In this document: in pieces, positions 37,201-50,750 of the stretch | Position numbering within the stretch: the first letter of the stretch is position 1 | How the letters are laid out: each line of letters opens with the position of its first letter | Origin: Balanoglossus misakiensis | Taxonomy: Eukaryota > Animalia > Hemichordata | NCBI GenBank assembly: GCA_040954595.2 | Contig: CM082581.2 | Span: 13,403,921 to 13,467,920, forward strand | Direction: 5' to 3' | Length of the DNA stretch: 64,000 nt | Made by a program: the position numbers and the translations under genes | The notes under the pieces: model-generated | What the model was told of the DNA's origin: nothing | The model's database searches: none | The model's input: only the letters and a program-made list of their open reading frames with translations

Positions 37201-40200
37201 CGTAATGTGGACATTTTGATTAGCTGATTGGGAGAATTAGTTTTCAGCGACTCAGAGCCGGGTACAATATCAGAGTTGAGTTTCATCCAAGACAGGTCGC
37301 ATAAAGCTGAAATCACATGACTTCCAGATCAAGATTACGTCAGCCGTAGGTGCAATCATGATGAAATGTCCTCTCCAACAGAAAACCAAATGTTAAAAAA
37401 AGACGGTGCGCATTTCATACTTCCCGACATATAGATCACCCGCAAGCTTTGACGCGAAATGTCTGATTCACACTATGCTAAAGACTACGTGTCATTTCAA
37501 CAAATCACCCCATGACTGATTTCCCCCTGAAGAAATATGAGGCTTAAATGAACTTTTCTCCTCTTAATTCTCTAATGGTAACAGACGGACAATACATTTA
37601 ATAAACTACGGTCGGTTTAAATTAAGGTTGGCACATTGTGCTAATACCTTACAACACTCAGCTGCCAACAAATTGAATAACATAGGGTGCTATTTCCTGT
37701 TCCGTTTCCATGTCCCGCGGAAAAATGGAAATCACTGTCACAGCAAAGCCGTAGTTTAAAATTTAGTCTTCTCTATTTCGTGATCTTAACAACATAACCT
37801 TAAATTTGATTAAGGGGCTCCATACTGTTGAAAGCTAACTCAGGCATGTGTAGTGTTTGCATTTGTTGACGTGCTCTCTGTTCTCTTCAACATCGGACAA
37901 TGTCAAATGTTTGCCTTGCATGACACACACACGACCACCTGTTCAAGATTTTATTGGTGCGACAATTTTACTTTTTTACGGCAATGACGTCATCCACGTA
38001 AAACCACATACAAATGTCAGGGGTCACCTTGGTTGACCATTAATTGATTGTTACTAACTCGATTAGCGAAAAGGTTGATAGGGCAAAACTGTTCACGTAT
38101 CGACCCAATCACGGACTTTATTTTTTGTCTTTTTTTCTGTACCGGCAGTTGTTAAACAAGATCACGCGTGGAGACGACTTCAAAGAGGTTAGGATTGTCG
38201 TTACAGTGAACCTTAGTCGCGCTAACAATGCCTTTATTGAATTAGCGCCATCCCCGATTTGCCGATAGTTTCTTATATGTCAGTTTTTTTTTCCAACGTT
38301 CTGGTAAACAGATTAGAAAGTGTGAAGTCACCAGGCAACCGGAGCAACTAATAATGTAGACAAATCTCCCAATAGCACGTTTTTTTTTCTCGGAACGATT
38401 AGTAATTGAAAGCCTCGGAAGGTTTGATGTCGCTGGTTTGGTGGTATTAGGATTTTGGCGGAAATTTGAGTAAGCCGGTACGTTTGCATGATAGAACATC
38501 CTGTCTAACAACATGCCCGCTTTGCTTCTACGCATTGCACAATGGCAGGATCGAGTGACCCAGGCGTTAAAGGGCTTAGTGCGCAAAGCGTTCAGAAAAC
38601 CATTTTTTTGTACATCTTTTCCGAGAAATGTTGAAATGGAGATATTCATTCGCAATATTTAGTGTTGGTGGAGGTACAGACGGTAATGTGTGGTCATTAT
38701 AATGCAGGTAGATGTGTATGGTCATGACAGTTTAATGATCAGCAAAGCGGATTTCGCTATGAATTATCTTCCATTCGAGTAACTCAAAACCCATTTACCA
38801 ATCCAGGTATTTTACTGTCACTTGAAGCGATACCGTGCAATTCGGAGAAAATGTGTGTTATTTAACCCAAATGAACCAGTTTTCTGTCTTTACATGTAGG
38901 TCTGATCGGAGGCTAAACATTTCTCATTGAAATTGTCCGCGGCTAATTATCATCCTTGACCTTGATTTTAGTTTTACTCATTTTTTTATGTTGGTTAATT
39001 TACGAAAGGTCTGTTTGGAATCTGAAAGTTGAGAACACGTGACAATATTAAAACGGAAATGACGTCTTACGCGTGAACAGAACAGACAGCCATCTTGGAT
39101 ACACATTGTGTCTTGTCCTTATCATTTACTTAAAAAAATGGTGTCATCAAATCAGTGTCAGAACTCGCAAAGAACCACATAAGTGATTGAATAGCCGAAG
39201 TTTAGATATAAAGATATATTAGTGGACCCAGATTTGCCGACACACGTTAGTGGACACAATAGGAGAAGATCGATAATAATTTCCACTGTGTATTGTTGAA
39301 CGGAAATCAATGGGGAAAGTAGACGCTTGCAATTCGCACAAGTCTTTTCATGGCGATTTGTTTTGAGCAATAATCCATAAAATGTATTCTTTCGCTAATA
39401 TGACTGGCTATTAAGTAATCGCAAAATCGTAGCGAACACATTAACTGTCCGAATTGATTGACGGAAATCTGTTTTCACGTATAATAATCGTGTGTGTATT
39501 CCAAAGGTATCAACAAAACCCAAATGTATGTAAAAAGTCAGAGAATGGAGAAGTAACCCTAGCAATATGATGCATTTATAGTCAAATCAAACAGACAAAT
39601 GCTTCGTGCATAGCGTTCACAGACTTTGCATCGCTGATACATGTACATTCTCTCTCACCGAATCATCAGTTCTCGATGAACCCAACACGCTTTCAATGCA
39701 GACTGATAAATGCTTTTGCAAGAGAGGATGATATGACATTCAGATGATAGAAACTAATCAATCATTTTTATCGCCTGCCCCAGCAGAAAAAAATGGTTTA
39801 TTACAAAAATTGTGACATTTCAGTTATGACCTTTAACCATATATTGATTGGTCAATCATAAAATTTAAAAATCAATAAAAGGCGGGAATGGCACAAATGT
39901 TAAGGTTCACGACCACTAATATAGTTCAAGTGGATCAACTCTAGTGTCAGCATATTTGTATTCGTAATTACGTGAGTTTTTCAGTTTTTGAGTTCAACAT
40001 TTAGAAAACTTAAAAAGAAAAAAAAACTTCCAGAACACACAAACATACGTATGCTCTATCAATATGGAATTAACAAAAGCGTGCGTCAATGATTTAATGA
40101 TTTCTTTCAAAAAATTAATATCCGGTAAATGTAATTCAACCAAAAACACTAATCTCTATTTTTTCAGTTTATATTAGACTATTGAAATACAAAATACAAT

Positions 40201-43200
40201 TGGGTGTGGAGTAGAAGTGAGACAGAGAGACAGACATACAGAAAGACAGACAGTGGGGTTAAATTTACGATAATAGATTTATAATTAACTGACTGGTCTT
40301 ACACGTAAATGGCAAGAGGCACTTCTGCCATTAAAGTGTTGAGCAAACTATTTTTGTACTTGGATTTCCGTGTTACTGTATTTTCTCCGAAATGCTATGT
40401 TCATTAGCTGAGACTCGGTGTTTCGAAAAAGAAAGGGCTTGACAAGATCTGATTAGCTAAATGCATAAGGCACTGAATGCGAGAGCGCACACTTGGGTAC
40501 TTGGTAAATTGGTCGCCTAAAAGCTTGCTTGATTCGCAGATTGCTGTTCAGAAACCCGATGACCGACAGACTTATATCCGTGTTGTCATGGATACAGGCG
40601 AACTATCGAATGGAATGTTGAGGGGTTGTGGATGTAAACGTGTATGGGAAAGTACAAACAGTAGTTATAGTAACCTAAGAAAAAACATCCTGGCAATCTC
40701 TGTTATGCGAAAGCTTTCTGAAAGATTTAGAGAAACTGCCACCTGGTAAACGCAACAAACTTTGTCGTAGAGAGTAAGTGACGATGGTATACCGCTGTCA
40801 AATGCGTACTCCTATATCTCCAATACCGTAGCAAACACAAGTCACCTAGAGTTAATTATTCAACGCCGAAATGGTTCAAGATTTGGGGAAACTTGAATGT
40901 TCAATTAATTAACACTGGATTAAAGTCTAAAATCGGCTTAAACGTCAACGCATGGATCTTATAACATGCAAGGATTACACGTTTGTGTAATTTATAAGAC
41001 ACGAGGAAAAGGCGAGGGGGGGGGGGGAACGGCGACTAAGATGTGTGATTACGTTATAAGCCGAGGCGTAGCTGTGATGAAAGGGAAGACGCGCCCGCTT
41101 GAACAATAGCACCTTGGACTCATCATGAAAGCAACAAATGTCGAGACAGCTTAGAGACTGGTGCTCAGATCAGGTGTAACAACGAGGAAAGAAAAACACA
41201 AATCCGGTCATTTTGTTAGACATTTTTCTCATCATTTCACGAGGTTCAACTCGTTCCTTGCAATCCCTTTTAGCGCGGTCCCCTGGGGTTCTACAAGGCA
41301 TCAGTGGAGTTAATCTCTTATTTCACTTGGGTAGAAATGGGAGGAGTCGGCGTGCTCAGAAAATCGGCTTTTCAGACAACAAGAATCCATTTGCCCCCGG
41401 GAAACGATCAAATACAATGCGAGCATTATTGTTGTCATTTTCAATATGGCGGAAGGCTTTGGTGATGATACGAGTTGCCATTGGCGGCACAGCACACGGG
41501 AGACCTATACCCAGGCCACATCTCCCTCTGCCCCGGTGTTACAACACCAGCATCCGGTTGCCATGGAGATGGGTAATCTAAATATATTGGAACACACCAG
41601 TAAATGGCAAATGTTACCTAACCAGTTTCTCTGTCGTCTAAATCATTTATGGGGTGCTGGTCCCCGTGATATGAATCATTGATCGGAAAATCTTGTGATG
41701 TTGGCGGAAGCTTGTTAAATCTCAACTAGAGTTACTCCCACAGTAATCCAATCTGACACGGAGTAAAAATCCAACTGCGGGTGCAAAGTGACTTTATTTT
41801 CGTGGGGGAATGTAAGGTGTACTGTGTGGACATAGGGCTTCAGGCCGGGAAGGCAGGTAGTACTTAGTATTTGAGTTGTGCGTGGTTGCTGCCGACACTT
41901 CTTAGAGTTGCCGAACACCTTCCTGTAAACTGTTTCCCGTTAAAACTTTGATCCAGGCAGAAAATACAATGCATGCGTTCTTTAAAATCCAAAAATGTGT
42001 ATACTGTTAATAATGACGCTAATTTTTGACTTTGGTCATAGCTTGTAGTAATTACTATCGATTGCTGCTCGAAGCGCTGCTTCTCAACGCCAAGGCGCGA
42101 CTTATGCAATATTATCGAAAATGACTTAACAAAGTATGCGCAGACTATTCTCCGCGTCTGGCACCCCCCCCCCAACTCCATTAATCTATTAACTCGAGAA
42201 CCAATTAAAATCATTAATTAGATTACACATGAGATTTTGTCTTTGAGGTATGTGCCAAATTTGACAAGTCTTCAGTAGGTGACGCTTGAGTGTATTTTGT
42301 TATTTGGTAACGACTGTAACTCTCTCACTGCCGTCCATTTCAGGAAATCAATCACTTCAATTTATATTTGGTTTGACAGCGCGACAGTCGACTTCCGAAA
42401 TAAATTTGAGAACAGTGCACAGATAAAAATCTTTGTGATCATAACATGTTAGTTAGTATATTCGTTTACAAACAAACTAGTGTCTTTCTCTATACTTGCT
42501 TACCGAAGGTCACGATCTCTTCTAATTTCCATTACTCCATTAACGGGAAAGTTAATTAAACGTAATAATTAGACCTGGATGTTACATTTTTGTTGCTGGG
42601 GCATCGACCTTTGCATATCTGAGATGATTCATTTCTGTTGAGTGGAGAGACGAAGCCAGATCTCTGTCTAACGCCAAAGCAGTTTCCCTCAATTCCGCAA
42701 CATCAGCTAATATTACTTTAGAACTCGTTTGATGGCTCACCACTTTAGTTTCATCGTTTCCCACTTTTGAAGAACCTCGGCGTGTAACAGTCGCGGTGTA
42801 ATGTTCGCAAATGTTCATCGCATCTTCACCAGTCACGCCGCGTATATTGCGAGTTCCGCGCATCTTCCTCAAGTCTCCCGGGGAAGATTCCAATATCCAC
42901 CCTACAATCGCTAATTTTATAATATCTTTTGATAGCAGCAGACGTGTTAGACTTTATTGTGTGAAAAGTTGGACTCAACGCACGATAAATCTTTCCAGGC
43001 ACGATTCAGCCATCGATAATTGCCTGCCGCCCACTGTGTCTACTTTCCTCTCTGTGGCTGAACGCCAGTGACGGTTCACAACGCTGATGTTAAATGCCAT
43101 CACGTCAGTCGCAGCTTGCATCGTCCCAGTTCAACTGAAATCACTCAACGTGTATAGAAGAGTTCTAAGATTGGCTTAGTTCGCGTCTTCCATGTCGTGT

Positions 43201-45229
43201 AATTTTTACACCATGTTTTACAGACTTTTGTCATCATCCTGTGAATGCCAGTATAATGTCATAATGCTTTATTTGGAGTTTCTGGCATGGATGTTTTGAG
43301 TTTCATGCTATGGGTCTGGTTGAAACCATCTCCTGGTTGTGACAGAATTTCCCGGGTCCGGGATACTCAGCACAGTAGCTCGTCACATGTGATTAAATTA
43401 GTTGTGCTTGATTGGGGTGATCAAATTGACTTTCTGTTTACACTTAAATTAGTGTTATAGTAGGGTTTGTACCTTGGAAACACAGGGAGGTCTGTGTGAG
43501 AGATACGGGTCGAAGTTTGGCGGCAAAAAATAATTACGTGCAGTTAAATTTTAGACTCGCACCTGCTCTGTTTTATGATGTTGTTGGTGACGGTTCTTTG
43601 GAACCATGGCGACTTTTCCAGCACGCTTGTAATATTTAACATCCGCCGAGTCACGATTTGAAGGCTACGTCTAATCGCATGTGACGGAGAAAGCACTCAC
43701 TCTTCTTTCGGGAACAGATAAGTGTATATGAAAAAACACTAAAATTTGCTTCCCGGATGTTTGCAGCATCTCAAACAGGGACTGAGATTAATAAAATGTG
43801 ACTGATAAAATCTAGATTGGTGCTGCTGATATGGGCTCTCCCATTTGGTGAATAATAATGGAAGGGGGGAAAATGAAAAAAAAGATGCTGAAATTTGCGT
43901 GGTAATACGTGCGAGAGCCGATCGATTGTGCAAATTGGATTGTTGCGACAGATATAGGCGGTCTTAATTTCCCTGTTTGTACTCAGAATTGACTGTTGAG
44001 TGTAAATAATGATATGGTGTAAACGGTGCAAAGACCGCAATCCCTGCTCGCTGAAAGAAGCGAGTCTTGTCGCCACGAAATGTAACTATTAGGGAGAAAA
44101 TCATGACAACTCTGGGATCGCTCGTGGAGATATTGCTTGTCGTCGAAGCGGGAACTCCGGAGGTTGCAATCATGGGTGTAAAAACACGCCTCTCAAATGG
44201 CTGACTGTTAAAAATGAGAAGAGACAGTGATCGCGTGTTCACAGGTTCCGAACAAGAGTTAGCTTAGACCATGGAAGGTAGAGATAATTCTATTACGCCG
44301 CCAAATGGCCGTGGACAGGAAACCAAGGAGTCACAGGAGACATAGAACAGGTATCGAGATATCTGTTTGTGGTATGCTGTCGTTCGGTGCCGCTATCGGT
44401 AACGCTTGCCGGTGTTGTTTAGACACCATGCTTCCACTCAGCGACCAGGGTGAACAAAATAGCGAATGATAAAAATGACTGTTTCAGTTTGGACATTGAC
44501 TATCATGAAAAACTTGGCAGATGTATTGAGATGTCAGTCTTACGACAGAAAGTGATTGTTAAGGGTTTTGTGTTCGTTGACAGTCACACAAAAACAATGA
44601 CGTGAATGGACCCCTTTCCATACTAGACGTTTTCTTTTGCAGCGCGAAATTATTGAAATTAAAGGAAAAGTGCTTTTGTTACAAGCGGAATGAGTGACAA
44701 CGTCCTCAGTTGTCATTTGACCATCAAGCTCCGATGTACATGTAGTATTTGTCACACAATCGTCTTCATATATAAAACGCTCTACGTTAGGCCAAAAAGT
44801 TTTGCAAAAAGTAGCGACGTTATAGCCGCGGTAAAGAGCAAAAGTAATGTAGCTTTATGGCAGAATTGTTGAGTATTTCGTGGGTCTGCTTATAAAGATG
44901 GCAAATTGCTGTTGTTTCGAGCCTTTCAAGACGTAACCCGACTGTGCGTCAGTATGCCGGCAGACTTTTGAACATAACGCAGTTTCATTATCGTGGGTCG
45001 AAATGTACAGCACAGTGAATCATTGAATTTAACCAAGCAGGGTCTAAAACCAACGGATCATGTTCAGAATTCAATAGGTATAACACGATGAAATGCCACC
45101 AAGACTTCTTGCGTGTTACAGTACATCATAGCGGGGTTCTCGTGGAAAGAGATGACAATCGCAAAGTTGGTGCCGTCCGGCGCTGTATCTGCTACAGTCA
45201 CAAAAGTGAGAGCTAATATAAATCCTTAC

Positions 45230-45584
45230 CTCAACTACAGGTTACTTTGCAGCCAATGCTAACTTCACACAAGCACAGTTATCAGCTCCCTCTGTCCGAC
45301 TGCTGTACAAACGATCTGCCGAGCCCTACTGAGGTCTTTTCCTTGACGCGATATCGTTTGAACTAATCACGAAAGTAAGCACTTTTATAATGTATTTTAT
45401 ACCCAGGAAAAGTGTTTGCGTTGGTAAACTGCCAACCCACGTAAAAGTATATACTGTCAGCTCTCTCGCTTAATCAGTTTATGTCCTTCCCCTATGGCCC
45501 ACGCCGCGTTGAACTTCGAAATCCCGCGAGACTGTCAGCCATGCCACTGCGCAGCCCCTGTGTTTGCCAAGTTGCCATGGCTAC
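45230..45584 (-). promoter_or_regulatory. Orphan promoter plus non-coding first-exon candidate
   Basis: X-box GTTGCCATGGCTAC 45571-45584. On the minus strand: TATAAAA twice (45401-45395, 45389-45383), Inr-like ATTAGTT near 45364, an ATG-free ~135 nt exon, and donor GAG|gtaagg after 45230. Confidence 0.45.
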
Positions 45585-48500
45585 ACAAATTGCGACACGT
45601 CATCTGGTAAATGGCAGCTCATTGGAGAAAGAGGGAGACGGGAGAACAGGGAATACTCATGCGACTTTTCGGTTTATTTTGATCTCATATCTGTAGTGGG
45701 CTATCTGCTGATGATGGAAATGAAACATAGCTCGGTTTAGGTACATTTATCTCTGCGATGACTGTTATCGATAACTGAATGCGACTATGAGGTCGAGAAG
45801 ACCTGCAAACGCGTCGGGTTAACGGCGGAAAAACCGAACATTGAATTCTGATGAGAAATGTCCAACGTGAATGATGTACCATGCGAGTTCGCCAAACATT
45901 ATAGGGTGAAAATGATTCCTTGCCCTTGTTGAATTTCAGCAGCGGTTATTTCCGTTTAATTGCTGGTCATGCTGGAAGCCCTCTTGCAATTTCGTTTTAT
46001 AGTTTGGAAGTGCAGTTGGGTACATTTTATTATCTTTTGCGATCTCTTTACATAAAATGCAAATAGTCATGGTAAAGATAAAGCACCCAGTTTCATATTG
46101 AGATATGGAAACGCAAGATGCCAAATATTTAATCACACACCTTTCGCCAGAAACCCTATATGCTATTAAACTTGGAGGAAGTTAATTCCTAATAGGGAGA
46201 TTATAATAATCGCCAGAGTGTGGGCCAGAGAGTTTGAGAATGCCTTTGACGTCACGTTGAATCGACACCTTTTGTCACTCTTGTGCTGAAAAGATGATCA
46301 TTTCCTCGAAACTGATATCTACAAAATGAACCACCCACAGGTATTCGCTGGATTTATGAAATTCCTCGTCACAAACTCAAAGTTCATCTTGCCACACTAA
46401 AATGGAAGCACAGTCGAATTTGGTGCTGTAAAGTTCTTCAGACAGGGAAATTCTGGATCAGAGAAAACAATATTGGCTATAGACACGCAGGAATGTTTCA
46501 TGGGGGGGGGGGAGGGGGGGCAACATGACGTCCGTTTTTGCATTACTTTAGCCTTTATGTACGTTATAGACAGCAGCAGACGCAATTTGATAAAATATGG
46601 TAAATAATCCATGTTTCTGGTTTGGTGAGGATCAAAATTTTAGGAGAAATGTTCTGATTGCAATTGTTATTTTTTCACTGGGAATGAATGACTGTTGAGT
46701 AATTGATGCAGCATTATGTTATTTTCGATTCTGATGTTTCAACAGCCATATCTCTCTGCAATCTAAGTGCATCTTTCATTTTTCCGTCCATAAAATGCAA
46801 TTTTAATGCGACTTGTTCAATGAAGAATGACTGTATATTGAAAATTTCCAACATTAATGACAAAATCATGCCGATTACCCCGTTTTAAATTTTAAGTAAT
46901 CACCTAAATTTTCGAGGAAAAAATTATCGAGAAAAGGAATCTTTTACTAAATTGTACGATGAAGAAAAAACTTTGCTCTTGGCGTCACAATACAAGGTCA
47001 AAGCCCTCCTTTACGTACGATGGGCATCTGACGTGCACATACAATTTCTGTATTTAGGAAGGGTATATAATATATTGCTGTGGGCCTACGACTCTACATT
47101 TCTTTGCAGATAATATAGAAGCATATGTCAAATGCAGACCGAATCTTTCATATTGACATATTGATACCGATTTCAAAAATCCGCAAAGTACCACAACCCT
47201 AAAGCCAACACAACCATCAGTCATATTACCATGACGACCAGAATCGAAAGTATCTCTCAACAATACATTGGGCAGTAATTTGTCTTGTGGTATTAGACAA
47301 ATTATTTTTGTATTTATCGTTCAAAGAAGCGCCGAATGATCTCGGGATGTACAATAGTTTACGAGGAAGCGTGACATCTAATACATACCATTGATGAAAT
47401 ATGCTGACTCAGCAGTTTTCTTCATTTCAAGTTTGGCTAAACCCACGAACATAAGTTTCACTAGCACGAAGCATGGGTTGATGAGTGGTAAAGAACACAA
47501 CTTATCACTAACTGTACAAATAATCACATAGTGTATACATGGCATAGAATAGAAATTATTAAAAGAATTGACACGGTAGACAGATTCCAATGAAAGTACA
47601 CATCCACTTAGATATTTAGCATATACGCTGGAAGTTACAGAGAACTCACAAACTTTACTGTCTTGAATTGAAATGAATTCAGTTTAAATGGAAGAGAAGT
47701 CCCCCAACGGGATGTTTGGGAGTACTTCGTGGTATCATGGCCTTTTTTGTAGTTTGCACATGTGTGGAAACCTTAATGTACGTACGCAATGTCCATTGGA
47801 AACACTCAATTATTCATTCATCCGGATCATGTTCCGTTTTCTTATAATTATGTGCACTTAAGTCTCCGTTAAATATTTTAAAAAACCTGTATTTATCTTA
47901 AGGGGTGTTCAATTTTGAATATGAATGAACCTGTTCCACTAGACGTTGACGTCTTGGCACCATTTGAGTATAAACTCCCTGGGTAACACCCCCCTCCCTA
48001 TGTACCATCTGGGGACTTACCTCACAAGCAATAATCTCTTAAACCACCAAGAAACACCTGTGTATCGCATTAAGTCGAGGTTTAGATGTACAGCAACTAT
48101 TATTCTAAAGTTGAGTTTTGTAAAGTCAAACTTTCGGTGTCTTATCATGCATGGATAATTCATGTCAGTGGATAATGAGCGATGACGTTCATTCATACAT
48201 TCATTCGTTTCGCCTGAGGCAGTCATTAAGTGTTATTAATACAAAATACTCATCCTTTGATAGAGCAAATCTTTAAGTTCTACAAAGACTTCCTGCCCAG
48301 TATGGCAAAGAAGGAAGGGCGCATTTCATTGCAAGATTACCTGCTTTACAATCCTACTTTAAGTCTCTCTAAGTCTAGGAGAAATGGGCCAGTCTGTCCT
48401 ACTATAAAGTCAGACATACTGTAAATGTTAGACTTTCTTGTGCAGAAAAAGTAAACTTTTGACAAAGGCTGTGTAATAATACTGTTGCTTCAGTATACTC

Positions 48501-50666
48501 TCATATCAAATTGCCGTCTCCAGCGCCACAATCGAAACTGTGTCCAGACCTTGCAAATTGTGCTGTGGCATATCACGAATTCCCGTCGGTCGTCGGAAGA
48601 ACTGGCGCCTAATAAAAAATAACTTCATGTGGATGGAAGTTTCTTTTATGTCCGTGTGAGAATACCTATGCGTTTACCACGCTCAGTGTTTGATATTGCC
48701 GAGCAAGGTTGTCACCATAAAACCGAGCTATTGATTCGAGAACTTCAATAGGTATGACAGAAATGAAAAGTACACATCTCCACTATTTTCACTCAAGTCA
48801 GGAAAGAATCAAGAGTTATCCATTCTGTCAGCTTAAATGTTAACAGCCTTGGGGACAGCTCTCTATGCAATTATAATACTTCCAAATTACAGCCACTCGA
48901 TTTTCCACGTTTGTTCTCTTTTTGTCCTGGAGCTTTGTGCAATAGCTGTGCTATTTCTATTAGGCGTTCTGCTTTCGCCGTACATTTGAACGAAATGCTA
49001 GACTTCAGTGTGAAGGAGTGGGCGATAACTCTTTTATGTTGTATCTGCATGGCCAGTGCTTTGATGGTTGACATACTGTATATCCGGCCTTGCTTTGAAG
49101 TCATCCAAAGACCCAAGGGCCGTAACATTTTATGTCTTCTGCTTCTCTGGCACAAGCCTTGGCTTTTTATTGTTATTGCTACCCTTCGAGTCGCTACAAC
49201 ATGTTGGAACTTCCACTTGTATACACAGAATGACAATAAAATGAAACCAAAAGTTATTTGAAATAGATTACTGTGTTCCTAAAATTGTGGTCGTAGCAGA
49301 TTGGAAAATAATCGCTACTAAGGGAGATTTCAGTACTAACGAGAAGGGGGGGGGGGGCAACTTGTGCTTTCAGTGTGACCCCAAGTCTTTTATTGAAAGT
49401 CACCCCCACCCCATTTTTCATGAAGACTGAACAAAACAGGGAAAATGTACTGTCAAATAGTGGTATTATCAAATTTTAATGTAATAGTGGTAACTAAAAT
49501 GATCGTCCTGGATGTTTGAAAGTTATGTTCACAGAAATTCTCGCCGAAATTTGTAACAGCACCTGTTGAACTGAAATGTTATCTATAGCTTATGTTGGAC
49601 GTTTGCTTGTATCAATCCGGTTAACAGATAACCCTGGGGAGTTTTACGGGTAGCTTAACGACGTGTTCGTGTAAGGGTCGCCTGATAAAACGCCCAATAA
49701 TTAGGCTTTGGGAAATGTCAGGAGAGAAAATGAAATCGGGTTTACGCTGTCAATTCCCCGAAGGATTTAGAAAATAAAATACTCTTCAAAGTACTCAGTG
49801 TACTTAAAACCCATTTTTCAATTTGTCTTCAGACTCCCGGGTAAGTTCGAAGCTTTAAGATGATGTACCGTTCTTATCAGGAAACCCACATATCGCGCAT
49901 GCGTACGTTTCTTTTGCTCAAATAAGCGAACGGTCCGGACTCTGTTTTACTTCTAAGAGAAGAGACGCTTGATACGGATATGGCCACTTCTGAAATGGTA
50001 ACGCCATTCGGCAAATTACATATGCTTTTCCTGCCGTGCTGAACTTACGACGATATAATGTATGTCCCTACAACATGGTTTGCAGTTGAGTTGAAATCAG
50101 TTACTGGAAACTCAGTGATCGACCGTACGATAGTTCGATGAAGAAAGCAGTCTTTTGGTGATTTTCTTGTCTGAGAACAAATACAGGATTTTCGAGTCGG
50201 CAATCAGGAGATAATGTCAAGTAACAGTGTACATGATTTCCTTCGTGATTAAATGACAAAAATGTCAAGAATGTCCTTGACAGCTTTTCCAAAACCTTGC
50301 CTCATATAAGAATAAATGTAACTGACACACTGACGGTCACTGCCCTGGTCTTAATGATTCAAGAGGGGTCACTTTGGAAAATATGGTCATACGAAGAGGA
50401 AAAACACCAGCACCAGAGTCATTTGAAAAATACTGGCCCAATAAAGTTGATGAAAGAGTAGGAAGGCGCCTTGCATAGTATCTAACTAAGTGTACAGTGG
50501 TGTTCAGAGATAATTCAATGCTGGGAACTAATGGGCTGTAATTGGTTATCTGTGTCTGTCTGTCTCGCTTTTGGTAATTTGGTTTCGTACTTGAGTACGT
50601 ACTTGATAATTAATTTGGTAAACCATGTCTGTTGCATGAAGCCAATAAGTTTCTTGTACATACACA

Positions 50667-50750
50667 TTAACCCCATGGTTCAGTCCAAGCCCATTGTTTT
50701 CTATGGTAAGTTTGGACCACTAAAGAGGGAACTGGGGTTGAAAGGGTTAA
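50667..50750. mobile_element. Short TTAA-flanked, piggyBac-like MITE
   Basis: Ends TTAACCC ... GGGTTAA (TTAA target site plus CCC/GGG termini), 84 bp. Confidence 0.45.

Noticed and set aside
38242-38655. 137-aa ORF containing NGFLN and a kinin-like PFNAW
   Set aside because: No flanking dibasic sites, amide-donor Gly or signal peptide; consistent with chance.
41310-41438. Minus-strand MTTIMLALYLIVSRG... as a small secreted peptide
   Set aside because: The hydrophobic stretch is marginal, and there are no processing sites or exon support.
42582-43134. GC-richer minus-strand stretch with a 103-aa ORF
   Set aside because: Upstream frames are interrupted by stops and no domain is recognisable; at most UTR or lncRNA.
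48871-49261. Overlapping >110-aa ORFs on both strands
   Set aside because: No recognisable domain, Cys pattern or clean splice context.
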